A stretch of DNA of 63,895 nt, filler included, from Octopus bimaculoides (Eukaryota): assembly GCF_001194135.2 (NCBI RefSeq). It is 5 parts of 5 records of this genome, joined end to end, with 100 filler letters (N's around TTAATTAATTAA, not from the genome) between each part and the next. Parts side by side here need not be neighbours in the genome. Positions count along the whole stretch, not along the records: positions 1 to 31,857 come from NC_068991.1; positions 31,958 to 44,760 come from NC_068994.1; 3 more parts are not named here. One strand, 5' to 3'. A model generated the notes under the pieces. The model had not been told where the DNA came from and searched no databases. It saw nothing but the letters and a program-made list of their open reading frames with translations. Below are positions 22,801-33,927 of the stretch, one piece after another (the first letter of the stretch is position 1; each line of letters starts with the position of its first letter). A program made the translations under genes and the position numbers.

Positions 22801-24347
22801 GACATAAAACCAGTAGAATTGGTGGTGTGTCAGACAAAATGCTTTGTAGCATTTCTTGCAACTCCCTAAATTCCACCACGGTCAACTCTGCCTTTCATTC
22901 TTTCGGGGTTGATAAAATAAAGTACCAGACAAGAATTACTGGCTTTGAACTCTGCAATATATATTGATCATTACTGTAAGATTTTGTTGTGTTTTAGGAG
23001 GGTCATTTCACTAATAACACACACACACACACCGGCTCAATATCACTTCTTTCTCATTAGTCATTGTTAAATATCTATTCAGCCTACTAATCGATCGTTT
23101 GTATAATATGTTGGTTAAACAATAAAGTGAGAGTGCATGGCTCAGTGGTTAGCGTCAGGCTCGCAATCATGAGGTGTTGAGTTAAATTCACGGTCTGGGC
23201 TATGTGTTGTGTTCTTCAGCAAGATACTTTATTTCACATTGCTCCAGTTCACTCAGCTGTAGAAATAAGTTGTGACGTCACTGGTACCAAGCTGTATCAA
23301 CCTTTACCTTTCTCTTGGATAACATCAGGGGCATGGAAAGGAAAGGCTGGTATGCATGAGTGACTGCTGGTCTTCCATAAACAACCTTGCCTGGACTTGT
23401 GCCTCGGCGGGGAACTTCGTAGGTGCAATCCCATAGTCATTCATGACTGGAAGGGCTCTTTACCCTTTAAACAATAAAATAGTTGTATGTTAGTCGAAAT
23501 CTATTCATTGCTATTTGCAACCTTATCAATGACATGCCTCCTCTCTTCAAGGTCTGCCTTGAGTCTCATATCCTTGTGATAATATGTCAGTTTAAAATAT
23601 CACAGTAAATACCTTTTAAACAAATCTCTTCTACTCACATGTCTTACCCTGGTTTTATTTTTTTTTTTTTTTTCTCTCTCTCTTTCTACAGGCTGTAGAT
23701 GCAGAAACCATCAAGTCAGTATGCACCAAGTATTTATATGACCAGTGCCCTGCTGTGGCTGCTGTAGGTGAGTAGTTATAAGTGTGTATATGGTGTGTGC
23801 CTGTGTGTCTTTTTATTGCTGCTCAATGCTCTAGCTCAGTGATTCTCAATTAGGGTCCATATAAGATTTTGTTGTTAAGATTTATCTGCAATAAATTGGT
23901 TATACTTCTACATAACCCTTTTGATACCAACCCACTTGATCCTACCCTTGGTCCTTTGAAAAAACTTCCAGTTTTTAAAGGATCTAAATTAAAACCTCTC
24001 ATCACAATTTCATGTTAATTTATGTTCCGAGCACAAACTTAATAATTATAGTTATTTCACTAAATCCTTCATCAAATTCAAAACTAATTGAAATAAATGC
24101 AGTGTATTTCAATGGAAATATCGTAACAAAACAGTTAAAATATCAACTGAAACTCTTGAACAGTGTGCTTTGTTAGGTACTTAATTATAAAAGGGTCAAA
24201 AGAAAATGTTTGAATTCTGTTTTGTTTTTTTATTATTAATCATTCCAAGAGTCTCTATACTTGTTTCTTCTTATCATTTCAGGACCTATTGAACAGTTAC
24301 CAGATTACAATCGTATCCGTGGTAGTATGTACTGGGCCAGATTATAA
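8042..24347 (+). CDS. PMPCB: Mitochondrial-processing peptidase subunit beta (M16B), complete 12-exon gene, 481 aa
   Basis: Exons 8042-8110, 11094-11240, 12639-12855, 13937-14028, 16018-16124, 16939-17018, 18444-18556, 19910-20214, 21138-21254, 22589-22646, 23692-23767 and 24283-24347. All introns are GT-AG with consistent phases, giving 1446 nt (481 aa + TAA). Arg/Ser/Leu-rich presequence, HFLEH zinc motif, Gly-rich [21 protein letters not shown]. Confidence 0.95.
9473..9770 (+). mobile_element. tRNA-derived SINE with a conserved-core-like central motif (MetaSINE-like)
   Basis: The central motif gtgtccttcagtaagacactttgtgtcacattgctccagtccactcggctg resembles the Meta domain as recalled. An antisense copy lies at about 25120-25400 and a related head at about 23130-23470. 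Confidence 0.5.
11094..11240 (+). CDS. PMPCB: PMPCB exon 2 ([11 protein letters not shown]...[27 protein letters not shown])
   Basis: Acceptor tttcaag| and donor |gtaagt; M16 N-terminal motif. Confidence 0.95.
11637..12240 (+). mobile_element. Putative non-autonomous Helitron/Helentron-like (HINE/DINE-type) element
   Basis: Starts ACTAG after a TA run. Perfect 5' palindrome gtgaccca-t-tgggtcac (11649-11665). Internal roughly 60-bp direct repeat (11979-12042, 12121-12183). Short microsatellite-like tract and a TTTTAGTAGTATATAGAT terminus. Confidence 0.45.
12639..12855 (+). CDS. PMPCB: PMPCB exon 3 ([10 protein letters not shown]...HFLEH...KDLPQ)
   Basis: Acceptor ctcaag| and donor |gttatt; HXXEH at 12699-12713. 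Confidence 0.95.
12878..13497 (+). mobile_element. Three head-to-tail SINE copies in PMPCB intron 3
   Basis: Copies at about 12878-13100, 13108-13332 and 13345-13497 (truncated). Each starts with a ggcggtgagctggcagaa-like head; they are joined by (ATT)n tails. Confidence 0.75.
13937..14028 (+). CDS. PMPCB: PMPCB exon 4 ([12 protein letters not shown]...[10 protein letters not shown])
   Basis: ttacag| ... |gtcagt, phase 1 to 0. Confidence 0.95.
14394..14787. mobile_element. hAT (Charlie-type) MITE
   Basis: 13-bp TIRs tagtgtttctcaa / ttgagaaacacta. 8-bp TSD ctgaagag / ctgtagag (7/8). Internal (TA)n. Confidence 0.8.
15629..15873. mobile_element. hAT (Charlie/SPIN-type) MITE
   Basis: TIRs cagtggttctcaac / gttgagaaccacta. 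8-bp TSD gtgtacca / gtgtactg (6/8). Confidence 0.75.
16018..16124 (+). CDS. PMPCB: PMPCB exon 5 (EVETNLQEV...GPTENI)
   Basis: ttttag| ... |gtaagc, phase 0 to 2. Confidence 0.95.
16939..17018 (+). CDS. PMPCB: PMPCB exon 6 (TINRNDL...RIVLAAAG)
   Basis: ctgaag| ... |gtaagt, phase 2 to 1. Confidence 0.95.
17896..18978 (+). repeat. About 280-bp direct duplication flanking PMPCB exon 7
   Basis: 17896-18176 and 18702-18978 are colinear and highly similar. Each is built from shorter internally repeated units. Confidence 0.8.
18444..18556 (+). CDS. PMPCB: PMPCB exon 7 (GVNHDNL...PCRFTGCD)
   Basis: ttgtag| ... |gtaggt, phase 1 to 0. Confidence 0.9.
19508..19733. mobile_element. Mariner-derived MITE (226 bp)
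   Basis: About 29-bp TIRs tgaagaggtgctggaaagttcctggcttt / aaagccaggaacttttcggcaccccctca, flanked by TA. Internal remnant [18 protein letters not shown]. Confidence 0.75.
19910..20214 (+). CDS. PMPCB: PMPCB exon 8 ([12 protein letters not shown]...IQNEW)
   Basis: tcacag| ... |gtaagt, phase 0 to 2. Confidence 0.95.
20481..20862 (-). mobile_element. tRNA-derived SINE, full-length antisense copy (same family as 49481-49951)
   Basis: Reverse complement of the 49481-49951 family, including A/B-box head and gaataaaa-type tail. Confidence 0.8.
21138..21254 (+). CDS. PMPCB: PMPCB exon 9 (MRLCSNV...CEDIG)
   Basis: tcacag| ... |gtcagt, phase 2 to 2. Confidence 0.95.
22589..22646 (+). CDS. PMPCB: PMPCB exon 10 ([19 protein letters not shown])
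   Basis: tttcag| ... |gtaagt, phase 2 to 0. Confidence 0.95.
23692..23767 (+). CDS. PMPCB: PMPCB exon 11 ([25 protein letters not shown])
   Basis: Long pyrimidine tract, ctacag| ... |gtgagt, phase 0 to 1. Confidence 0.95.
24283..24347 (+). CDS. PMPCB: PMPCB exon 12 ([21 protein letters not shown])
   Basis: tttcag| acceptor and TAA at 24345-24347; conserved MPP-beta C-terminus. Confidence 0.95.
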
Positions 24348-24478
24348 TGTAGACCTAAACTGTATAGCGAATCATCTGAGCATGATGAAATAAGTTATGG
24401 AAGTCCTCTTATGTTTACCAACTTTCTCACACCACACACACACACACACACAATTGATGTAGTGGTTCTTTATGGATA

Positions 24479-24484
24479 AATAAA
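24479..24484 (+). terminator. Probable PMPCB polyadenylation signal AATAAA
   Basis: First canonical AATAAA, about 130 nt after the stop, followed by a GT/T-rich stretch. Confidence 0.5.
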
Positions 24485-24599
24485 GAGTTACCTGTATCAA
24501 ATGTTGCCATTGTATTGTTATTACTATTATTCTTGTCAGGTGATAGAATACCAGGTGAAAACACTATGTATTTTAATTACATGAATTTATGCTTTCATT

Positions 24600-24822
24600 T
24601 CCATTTCCGTTGCCAGTACTGCCTGACTGGCCTTCGTGCCGGTGGCACGTAAAAGCACCCACTACACTCTTGGAGTGGTTGACGTTAGGAAGGGCATCCA
24701 ACTGTAGAAACTCTGCCAAATCAGATTGGAGCCTGGTGTAGCCTTCTGGTTTCACCAGTCCTCAGTCAAATCGTTCAACCCATGCTAGCATGGAAAGCGG
24801 ACGTTAAACGATGATGATGATT
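24600..24822 (+). mobile_element. SINE/LINE-tail repeat ending ...catggaaagcggacgttaaacgatgatgatgat
   Basis: Multiple copies, e.g. 28995-29180 (+), 29933-30035 (-), 15005-15130 (-), 18595-18720 (-) and 26870-27030 (-); (GAT)n tail. Confidence 0.7.
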
Positions 24823-26039
24823 TCCAATTCATTCATCCTTCTTCTCCACACTCTACTCTTGGGAGAGTCATGTGGGGAAGAGTCCTATCCAAATCAACCA
24901 TTGATACACTTTCTGCCTGGATTCCCAAACATGACCAAGTAAGTCTATGAATATTATCCAACCATTTCATTCTTGGTCTACTCCTTACTCGTTGACTCAG
25001 CTTAAAGAATCTGTCTTGTGATTCTTTCCAATGATATTCTAATCACATGGCCCATAGCACCAGAGCTGTAACCTTTCAATGCCAAAATTAATTTTTTCTG
25101 CCATCCTTCTAGGGATTGGAAGAATTACTGCCTGGCACTCCATCAATTACAATGATGAGTGTTCCAGTTGATTTGATCAATGGTACTTGCTTGTGAAATT
25201 AACATGCAAGTGACTGAGCACTCCAGATGTAGTTCTCAGGGAGATTCAGCAGGACACAAAATGTGACAAGGCTGGCCCTTTGAATTACAGGTACAACTCA
25301 TTTTTGCCAGCTGAGTGGACCGGGGCAATGCAAAATAAAATGTCTTGCTTAAGGACACATACTGCCGAGAATCAAACTCCCAATATTACAATTGTGAGCC
25401 AAACGCCCCTAAAAGTACCAGGTCTAAAAAAATAAGTATTTGGGTTGATTAGTTCAACTAAAATTCTTCTAGGTGGTGCCCCAGCATGGCTAGTCAAAGT
25501 GACTTAAACAAGTAAAAGATAATATTTTTTGAGGTTCTTTACATCCTGAGTTCAAATCCCACTGAGGCCAAATTTATCTTTGTGTCTATAAAATAATATT
25601 ATAACTGAAAAGCTCCAATGTCCAGTACTCAGGGTTACATGCTTCTGATCACCAGCTGCAAAACTGAACCTGCTTTACCTTTGAAATGTTGACTTCAAAT
25701 TTTGGCACAAAGTCAGGAATTTCAAGGCAGGAGTACAGTTGATCACATCAACCCCAGTGCTCAAACGGTACTTAGTTTATTGACCCCAAAAGGATGTAAG
25801 GTAAAGTCGACCTCAGTGGAGTTTGAACTCAGAACGTAAAGACAGACAAAATGCCACTAAGCATTGTGCCGGGCATGCTAATAATTCAGCTAGCTTGACA
25901 CTTTTTTTCTTTTGAAATATTCCAAATGAATATTTCACAAGAAAAGCAGGCTTGGTTTACAAGCTGATGATGGGAAGCGAGTAACACTGAGCACTGGAAA
26001 TCGGAGCCTTTCAATTACAATGAACAGTCTACATTAATA

Positions 26040-26365
26040 CAGAGTCCTGTAATTTATCACTTCTGGTGGATCATACATCCGAAAAAGATGCACACTCTGA
26101 ACGTTAGAGCAATAATGTGTTTACAGGAAGTTAAACGATATGGCTGATCATAGGACGACCAATGGTTTTGCATCCATAAAGCGCTCAGCCTTATAAACGG
26201 CTCGTCGACATTTCTATACATTGTTGTGTGTCTATGTGCAAGGTCTCAGGGACATAGTGACGCACAAAGATTGGCCGTTGTGGTGGGTACTCTCCCTTGC
26301 ATTTATTTATTAATTTCACTTCTGGTCACCATAAATAAATGCTAAACTTCCTGTCTTTTTTTTTT
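26040..26365 (+). promoter_or_regulatory. Orphan promoter-like island, candidate small ncRNA locus
   Basis: ETS-like sites at 26058, 26123, 26317 and 26345, CCAAT at 26159, TATAAA at 26192-26197, two hairpins at 26224-26267 and 26299-26342, T10 at 26356-26365. No gene start nearby. Confidence 0.35.
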
Positions 26366-27233
26366 AAACCTTTTGCTTTGGCACATAGTCTTGATTACAT
26401 TAATCAGCTCATTTATACCTGAAACCATATTTCATATGATCTACTGTGGGCAAAACGGTCAAACTGACCATGAAAGCTTTCTTAGGTGATTCCACCATGA
26501 CTCCTGTTTCGTCATCTAGCTATTTTGACTGAGTGAAGCCTTTACGGAATGACTCCCTAATAAACTCCATGCTTTTTGTAACTGCTCTAGTTTCATTTGA
26601 CATCCATTCCAGGGCAGCAGTTAGAAAACAGACCTACTGTAGGGTAGGAGGCTCTCTAGTCCTGCTACAGACAAAGACAACAAAGATAATTGGGTCTGTG
26701 ATTGTGTGCAAGATGTCAAAATGAATCACAATGAATGGCAAAGCATACTAAGAACTTGTCCAATCCAGGCTAACAGGATGAAGCAGATGGATGAAAGTGA
26801 TTGATTACAATGGTGACAACATTGATGAAAATGATGATGATGGCAACAAAGTTGATAAACATCATCATCATCCTTTAATATCTATTTTCCATGTCGATAT
26901 GAGTTGAACAGAAGCTGGCAAGCCAGATGGCTGCAAGAGGCTCCAGTTGTCTGTTTTGGCATAGTATCTACAACTAGATGCCCTCCCTAATGCCAACCAC
27001 TTTATAGAGTATACTGGATGCTTTTTACATGACACCAGTGCAGGTGCTCTTGTTCTTGGCACTGACATGAATGTTCTTTATATGGCGCTGGCATGAGTGT
27101 CTTTTACAATGAAAATAATGATGATGGCGGTGATGAAAATGACATCAATGATAATGTTATGCGTATTTAGAGAGAAAGAAAAACCTAAAGGCATTTTTTT
27201 GTTTCCCTATACTTTTAATACCAAATAATTTAA

Positions 27234-27590
27234 TCACTTTTTCTCATCCTCAGTTTTATCTTGATTTAAAGGGTCCTTTTTTAGATATTCTTTCTCATCA
27301 TGTTTCTCACTTTCCTCTTTATTACTATCATTTCGGTATTTCTTGCGAAACAAATCCCACAAATTTTCATTATCTTCTCCAAGCAGTTCTTTTTGAATAT
27401 TTTTTACTTCTTCAGGTACTTTTGGAGCTTCAAAAATTCCAGTTTGAAACATGAATGCACTGTTGCTTATCCCTTCAGCCTTTACAGCAAGACCTTGGCT
27501 CTCATCAGATTCAAAATTTGGCGGTATCAATCCTGCAGCCACAAACCGACGTTCAGCATTGAGAAAGTTAAATGTGGAACAAGCATGGTC
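27234..27590 (-). CDS. NDUFAF3: NDUFAF3 terminal coding exon, 118 aa with long charged tail
   Basis: ctttcag|gac acceptor; ACSTFNFL motif; stop at 27234. Confidence 0.85.
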   Translation of the reverse strand, partial: DHACSTFNFLNAERRFVAAGLIPPNFESDESQGLAVKAEGISNSAFMFQTGIFEAPKVPEEVKNIQKELLGEDNENLWDLFRKKYRNDSNKEESEKHDEKEYLKKDPLNQDKTEDEKK

Positions 27591-30035
27591 CTGAAAGTAA
27601 CAAAGACATAAAATGTTATCACTTAATTCAAGAAAAATTGTGATAATACAGGGAACAGTCAATTCAGTTAAGATTAAAATATTTTTGAGATAATCTTATG
27701 AGGGAAGGGATAATAATAATATTATTATTATTACTGAGAGAGCAGCACACATCATTAAAATGACACAGGGATACAAATATACAAAGTCCAATATACTCAT
27801 CATGACTACCCATCTGGTAAAAGTACACCAGGCATATGCATCCCAACCATATGTGCATGACACGGTGTCATCATATCAAGATAATCAGCACATGATCTTA
27901 CAGGTGGGGGCCCAGTCAACTTCAACGGAATTGGAACTCAGAATGTAGCAGCAGACGAAATACCATGAAACATTTTGCCTGGCATGCTAACAATTCTGCC
28001 AGCTCACCACCTTATGTAATAATAATAATTTTAAAACCTCTGTACTGATGGAGACACACACACAAACTACACGTATGCACACACATGGTGGACTCTCATC
28101 AATTTCAATGAACAAATTTTCCAATCTGAGTTCAAATACTGCCATAGTCAAGTTTGTCTTTGATCCTTCTGGAGTCAATAAAATAAGTGCTAGTTGAGCA
28201 CTGGGGGCGAGGTAACTGATTAGGCCCCTCGCCCTAAAATTGCTAGTTGGTTATTCTGTGCTTTCAAAGACTCATGGAATATAGAAAATCCTTACAAAAA
28301 AAAAAAAAAGAGGTAAGCGTTGGTAACAGGAAGAGGTATATGAGACCATAAAATCCTGCTTTAAATATAAATCTCCATCTAAACCCATGCCAGCATAGAA
28401 AAACATTTGCATGAAACAGATGAAGACAAGCTGAAGGAAATGGATCTTAAATGAGACAAGGCACAGAGAGATGCTAAGGACCAATCTGAATGGTGTAGAA
28501 TTGGTAGAGACTTATTTTCCAACTAGGAAGAAAAGGGAATTTTTTTAAAATATGGAATGACAATTATATATCTATCTATCTCGTCTTCCCCATGCCATAC
28601 TGATATTTACCATCAACCCAACTCTTGTACATTTTTTATTAATCACTACATCCAACTCCAACCCAATCTCTACCAATCTGTTACTTCCCTCCTACACTAT
28701 TATGAAATTAACTATCTTTGCTTCTTCCTTCTAAATCCATAATTTATAAATTCTCCTTATGCACAACTTCTTGTTCTTTGACAGTACACTCTAGTACCCT
28801 GTCACCACCATCCTTATCTCCCTTGTAGCTACTCGTACCCATCTTGCATAATCAGAGCCAGATTAAGACTTTGGGGGCCCACATACCTATGTAATTCAAA
28901 ATATAAACAATAATAAACCATAAAATAGATTTTCATTTTTCAAAATGAAGCAAAACTAACAGTGAGATGGAAAGTAATGTTTATTTTTGTATTCGTGCCG
29001 GTGTCATGTAAAAAGCACCCACTACACTCTCGGAGTGGTTGGCATGAGGAAGGGCATCCAGCTGTAGAAACTCTGCCAGATCAGATTGGAGTCTGGTGTA
29101 GCCATCCGCTTCGCCAGTCCCCAGTTAAATCGTCCAACCCATGCTAACATGGAAAGCAGATGTTAAATGAAAATGATAATGATGACTTCCCTTTATTTAT
29201 ATCTGAAAAGTTTTCTCCTACTTTTAATTGCAACGTTTTTGATCAGATCCTCAAAATTAAACTTACATAACACATTTGCTTCTATATTTATCATCCCAAA
29301 TATTATTTTAGCAAGTTTGAAATTATTTCTTTTGTACTGTAAACCATTTACCCTTTCTGTGGTGCCCCACTTCCTTTGATGCCCTAAGCATGCACTTATT
29401 TTACTTAATGGTTATTCCAGAGTAGCCGTTATAGCTTGACATCTGTGTTAGTCATTCTATCATACTTTAACCTTCAACACCTATTCTTTCAAATACACTC
29501 TAATTCAGTCAAGAGGACTTTTTCCTTTTCCTTTCTCTGTCTTGCAAGTATCATGTAAATAGCACCTAGAACTCTCTGTAAAGTGGCTAACATTAAGAAG
29601 GGCATGAAGCTATAGAAACCATGTCAAAATTGACACTGTGGCCTAACACAACCCAGTAGCTTGCCGATCAGGTCAAACCATCTAACATTATGCTACCATG
29701 GCAAAATAGATGTTAAATGATGAAGAATAGCAAATCTTTAAAAATGTGAGGTTGTGTTGTAAGTAGCTTACTTACTAAAAACATGGTTCTGGGTTCAGTC
29801 ACACTGCATGGCACCTTGGGCAAGTGTCTTCTACTATAGCCTCGGGCCAACCAAAGCCTTGTGAGTGGATTTGGTAGATGGAAACTGAAAGAAACCTGTC
29901 GTGCACATATATATATATATATATATATATATCATCATCATCATCGTTTAACGTCCGCTTTCCATGCTAGCATGGGTTGGACGATTTGACTGAGGACTGG
30001 TGGAACCCGAAGGCTACACCAGGCTCCAATCTGAT

Positions 30036-30116
<81 letters not shown>

Positions 30117-31326
30117 ATGTTTGTGTATATATATGCATATGTATATATGTTTGTGCGTCTGTGACTGTCCCCCGCTACCATCGCTTCATAACTGATGTTT
30201 GTATGTCTACATCCCTGTAACTTAGCGGTTCGGCAAAAGAGACCAATAGAATAAGTACTAAGCTTACAAAGAATAAGTCCTGGGGTCTATTTGTTCAACC
30301 AAAGTTGGTGCTCCAGCATGGCCACAGTCAAATGACTGAAACAAATAAAAGAATAATTATATTCTATTACTACTTACCGTTGTGAGAATTTCAACACTTA
30401 TGTTTTTTGAACGCAGGTAACGAATCAACTTTTTGTCAAATTTTGAAGTGTCACTTCCAACACCAAGAAGAAGAATATCTGAAAAGTTTAACAAAAAAAA
30501 AAACCTATTTTAGAGCATGCTCACCATTTAGTCAAAACACTGAAATATATGTCCATTGCATGAAACAGTAATATACAGCCACAACCTTTTGGAAAACCTC
30601 CCTTACCCAAGCTCTTTCCACCCGCTAACATCGACCTGTAGAACCATCAACATGATTATTTGACTGCTAGAAACACCAGCTAAGTCTGTCTTTTAACCCT
30701 TTAGCATTAAAACTGGCCATATCAGACCCAAATATTCTACATGTTTTATATTCAAACTGACTAAATTCAGCCTCACACACCTACCCTACAACGTCCTTCA
30801 AGAATATACTATCACATCATTGAACTCTAGAAGCAGTGACATAATGCATGATTAATTCAAACCAATTTGAATAAATAAACATTACATTTTACAGAATAAT
30901 CTGGATGCTAAAGGGTCTAAAATGAGGGCACATTGGATAATGATTGCATTCTTAGATATCCCAAAAGAGATGGGAAGGTCATGGAATTAATGCTTTAGAT
31001 CATAGGTCTGCTAGATCAGGCTGACCTATGGTTGAACAATAACCACATGCAGAAGTTTGACCCTTTAGCATTCAAATTGGCCAGATCTGGCCCAAATATT
31101 CTATCTGTTTTTTTAATGATGATGAGTTCAAATCTTTCTTGAAAGCCTTAAAAATCACAATGACGAAACCACACCAATATATTCTCTCTCTTGAATCATT
31201 TACATGAAACTCAATTCTTTAGTGATGTACCAACAAGACCATTTTGTGTAAATTCTTACCTGGTTTAGGTTCCAGCAGACAGAACAATGATAAAGAATCT
31301 TCACTGATATCTTCAGGACCTTGCAC
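27234..31326 (-). CDS. NDUFAF3: NADH dehydrogenase complex I assembly factor 3 (Mth938-like domain), 3' three coding exons; 5' exons not found
   Basis: Exons 31326-31260 ([22 protein letters not shown]), 30478-30378 ([10 protein letters not shown]...VEILTT) and 27590-27234 ([24 protein letters not shown]...*). Introns are GT-AG and phases match. The peptide aligns to the human NDUFAF3 C-terminal half (DITEDSFSLFWLLEPRIEIVVVGTG...NACATFNFL...GAALIPP). Confidence 0.88.
30378..30478 (-). CDS. NDUFAF3: NDUFAF3 internal exon ([34 protein letters not shown])
   Basis: tttcag| ... |gtaagt on the minus strand, 101 nt, phase 1 to 0. Confidence 0.85.
30697..30915. mobile_element. piggyBac-like MITE
   Basis: TTAA (30693-30696) then ccctttagcat ... 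atgctaaaggg TIRs; the right TSD is degenerate. A second partial copy lies at about 31060-31110. Confidence 0.55.
31260..31326 (-). CDS. NDUFAF3: NDUFAF3 internal exon ([22 protein letters not shown])
   Basis: ctgcag| ... |gtaaga on the minus strand, 67 nt, phase 0 to 1. Confidence 0.85.
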
Positions 31327-31598
31327 CTGCAGAATAACAAATGCAAAAAATGGAGTAAGCTTCTCATGAATAATATACTCTCAACTTATCATTTCAGCAT
31401 CCATTTTCCCATGCTTGCATGGGGTATTCAGAATTCATTAAGGCAGATTTCCTATGGCCAGAAGCCTCTTCCTGCTGCTGGACCTCACACGTATCCAAGC
31501 AAGGAAATATTTTCCTATAGCTTGACATATTTTCACTTGTGTGATGAAGATGCATACTGTTTTACATATATATATGTGTATGTATATATATGTGTTTG

Positions 31599-31636
<38 letters not shown>

Positions 31637-31853
31637 CAAAGAGGTGCTGAAAAGTTCCTGGCTGTAAGGATATCATGAAAGGCCAGGTTGGAAGCCCAAC
31701 CTTCTGAGTTCTTTTACCGGGCTTAGAAAAACTGAAGGTCTGCTGCAATAAGCATGTGAATCTGAGAAGAGAATATGTTAAATAAAATCATAATTAACTG
31801 ATCCTCTTGTATTTTCTTTTATCGAAAGCCAGTAACTTTTCAGCATCTCCTCA
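31637..31853. mobile_element. Mariner-derived MITE, second copy of the 19508-19733 family
   Basis: Same TIRs and internal GLEKLKVCCNKHVNLRREYVK remnant; TA flanks. Confidence 0.7.
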
Positions 31854-31857
31854 TATA

Positions 31858-31957
31858 NNNNNNNNNNNNNNNNNNNNNNNNNNNNNNNNNNNNNNNNNNN
31901 NTTAATTAATTAANNNNNNNNNNNNNNNNNNNNNNNNNNNNNNNNNNNNNNNNNNNN
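31858..31957. other. Artificial assembly join: N44-TTAATTAATTAA-N44 (also 44761-44860, 59931-60030, 61655-61754)
   Basis: Identical 100-bp construct four times. The palindromic 12-mer puts a stop codon in all six frames. Confidence 0.95.
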
Positions 31958-32022
<65 letters not shown>

Positions 32023-32482
32023 CTTTGTGACTAGCAACTATCCTCCTCGTTTCTCCAAAAACTAACATGAATTTTGACTTAATTTCTAATGCTTTCCAAC
32101 TAGATCATTACTCAATGTGTTCTACTATTTAAAGATTTCTACATCACTTATCTAGTCAACATGTCCCTGCACGTTTAGTGCTGCAAACTTTCGTCCATCT
32201 ACCTCAGCCAATATCATCAAGTTCGGTGATTACTTCTGTAATATGTAATAGTGTTACTACCACAGATATAAGATACAATCTTACTTTCACACACATATTT
32301 AAAGATATACCTAGCCACAAATGCATTAGAGATGAATTTATTTGAACATATTTCCATAGGAAATATATACACACACATATATACATACACACACACATAT
32401 ATATGCATACATGCATACATACATACACATACACAAACATATGTGTATATATATATATATATACTTACACACACATACATAC

Positions 32483-32590
<108 letters not shown>

Positions 32591-33869
32591 CACATACACA
32601 TGTATCCAACCCTTTATGTAAATGTCGATTGACACAAGTTTACTTGAACAAAGACACCTAGAAACAGGTACACACCTTAACACACACTCACACACACAAA
32701 CATACATGTTTTTCTTGTAAAACCCGTTATTACTAAAGTTGTTTCATACGCTTATATGTATATATCAGTACATTCAATTTAAATTTACTCTATTCCTTTA
32801 TTCTTACAAAAATACCATAGTAACTCAATTATTTTCAGCGGATTTTTAAAATCTTTCGTCAAATATAAGAAGCAGATCAACATAGTTGTTTATACTTGTC
32901 GTTTAGAAGATATTCGTCCATATTCATAGACGCAAACCTATGTTAATTGCCGGAAAATCATTGTGTAATTTTGGACATTGTGTCATAGTGAAATATTTTC
33001 GAGTTCGAACTCATTATGAGGCACAATTGCATAAGTTATTGAACTTTAAGTTGGTAATTGTAAGTGAACTTTGACAGGCGGAAACACTATAAAAATCCAC
33101 CCCCATATATAGATATCTATCTATCTATCTATCTATATAGATAGATTGATAGATAGATACAAGATTATTACCAGTTCAAATATGCTTGGGGCATATTCAA
33201 ACCCCCGTCAGAAAGCCATTTACTATGTTTTGTCATGGAGAAAATTTCTCGCTGTAGACGAATGGTGTTAACACACCTAAAAGCAGCTCGCAGTGCGGAC
33301 AAAGAGTCACAGGTTTAAGGAATGCATTAATGTAAGTTTCAAAGGTTCATAAGCAAATGTGTAATCAATCAGATGCTCATAATGAATGAAGCTTTGGTTG
33401 CGCTTGGCACGGAAATGTGATTTCTTATCGGTCACTTGTAAGCTAAGATCCGACTGAATGTGCCCGTTCACTTAGAAAATTGTTGAGGACAATTGTCATA
33501 GGGGAACCTGAAGCATACCTTGAAATCTATCAACTAAAAATATGGAGTGTTTTCCAATTGTTATCATTAACGAACTTTAATCTTGCGTCAGTTCCAACAA
33601 ACTGACTAAAAAATATAAAGGAGAATGAAGCTCTCTTACTAAACTTGGTCGAGTTGCTTGCTCTACACCTTCTATAATTCCTTCACAATCTAATATCGTT
33701 TCGCAGTGACTTTTGCAGCAATCTTCAGTGATTTGATCGCATGAACCGGTAGATCCAATGAAAATCCACGCTACCATCCTTCATCGAAGAACCATCCTTC
33801 AAGATCAAAGTAGCTAAGGATTCAATTATTACGGTTAGCTATGTGCTTGACAGTCATAGACTTTTACCC

Positions 33870-33927
<58 letters not shown>

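Noticed and set aside
23837-24150. Possible third hAT MITE starting cagtgattctcaa
   Set aside because: The right TIR is too degenerate and there is no matching 8-bp TSD.
26215-26345. H/ACA snoRNA reading on the minus strand (hairpin-AGAGTA-hairpin-ACA)
   Set aside because: There are no pseudouridylation pockets, the hinge is too long, and the G-U pair of hairpin 1 becomes a C-A mismatch on that strand.
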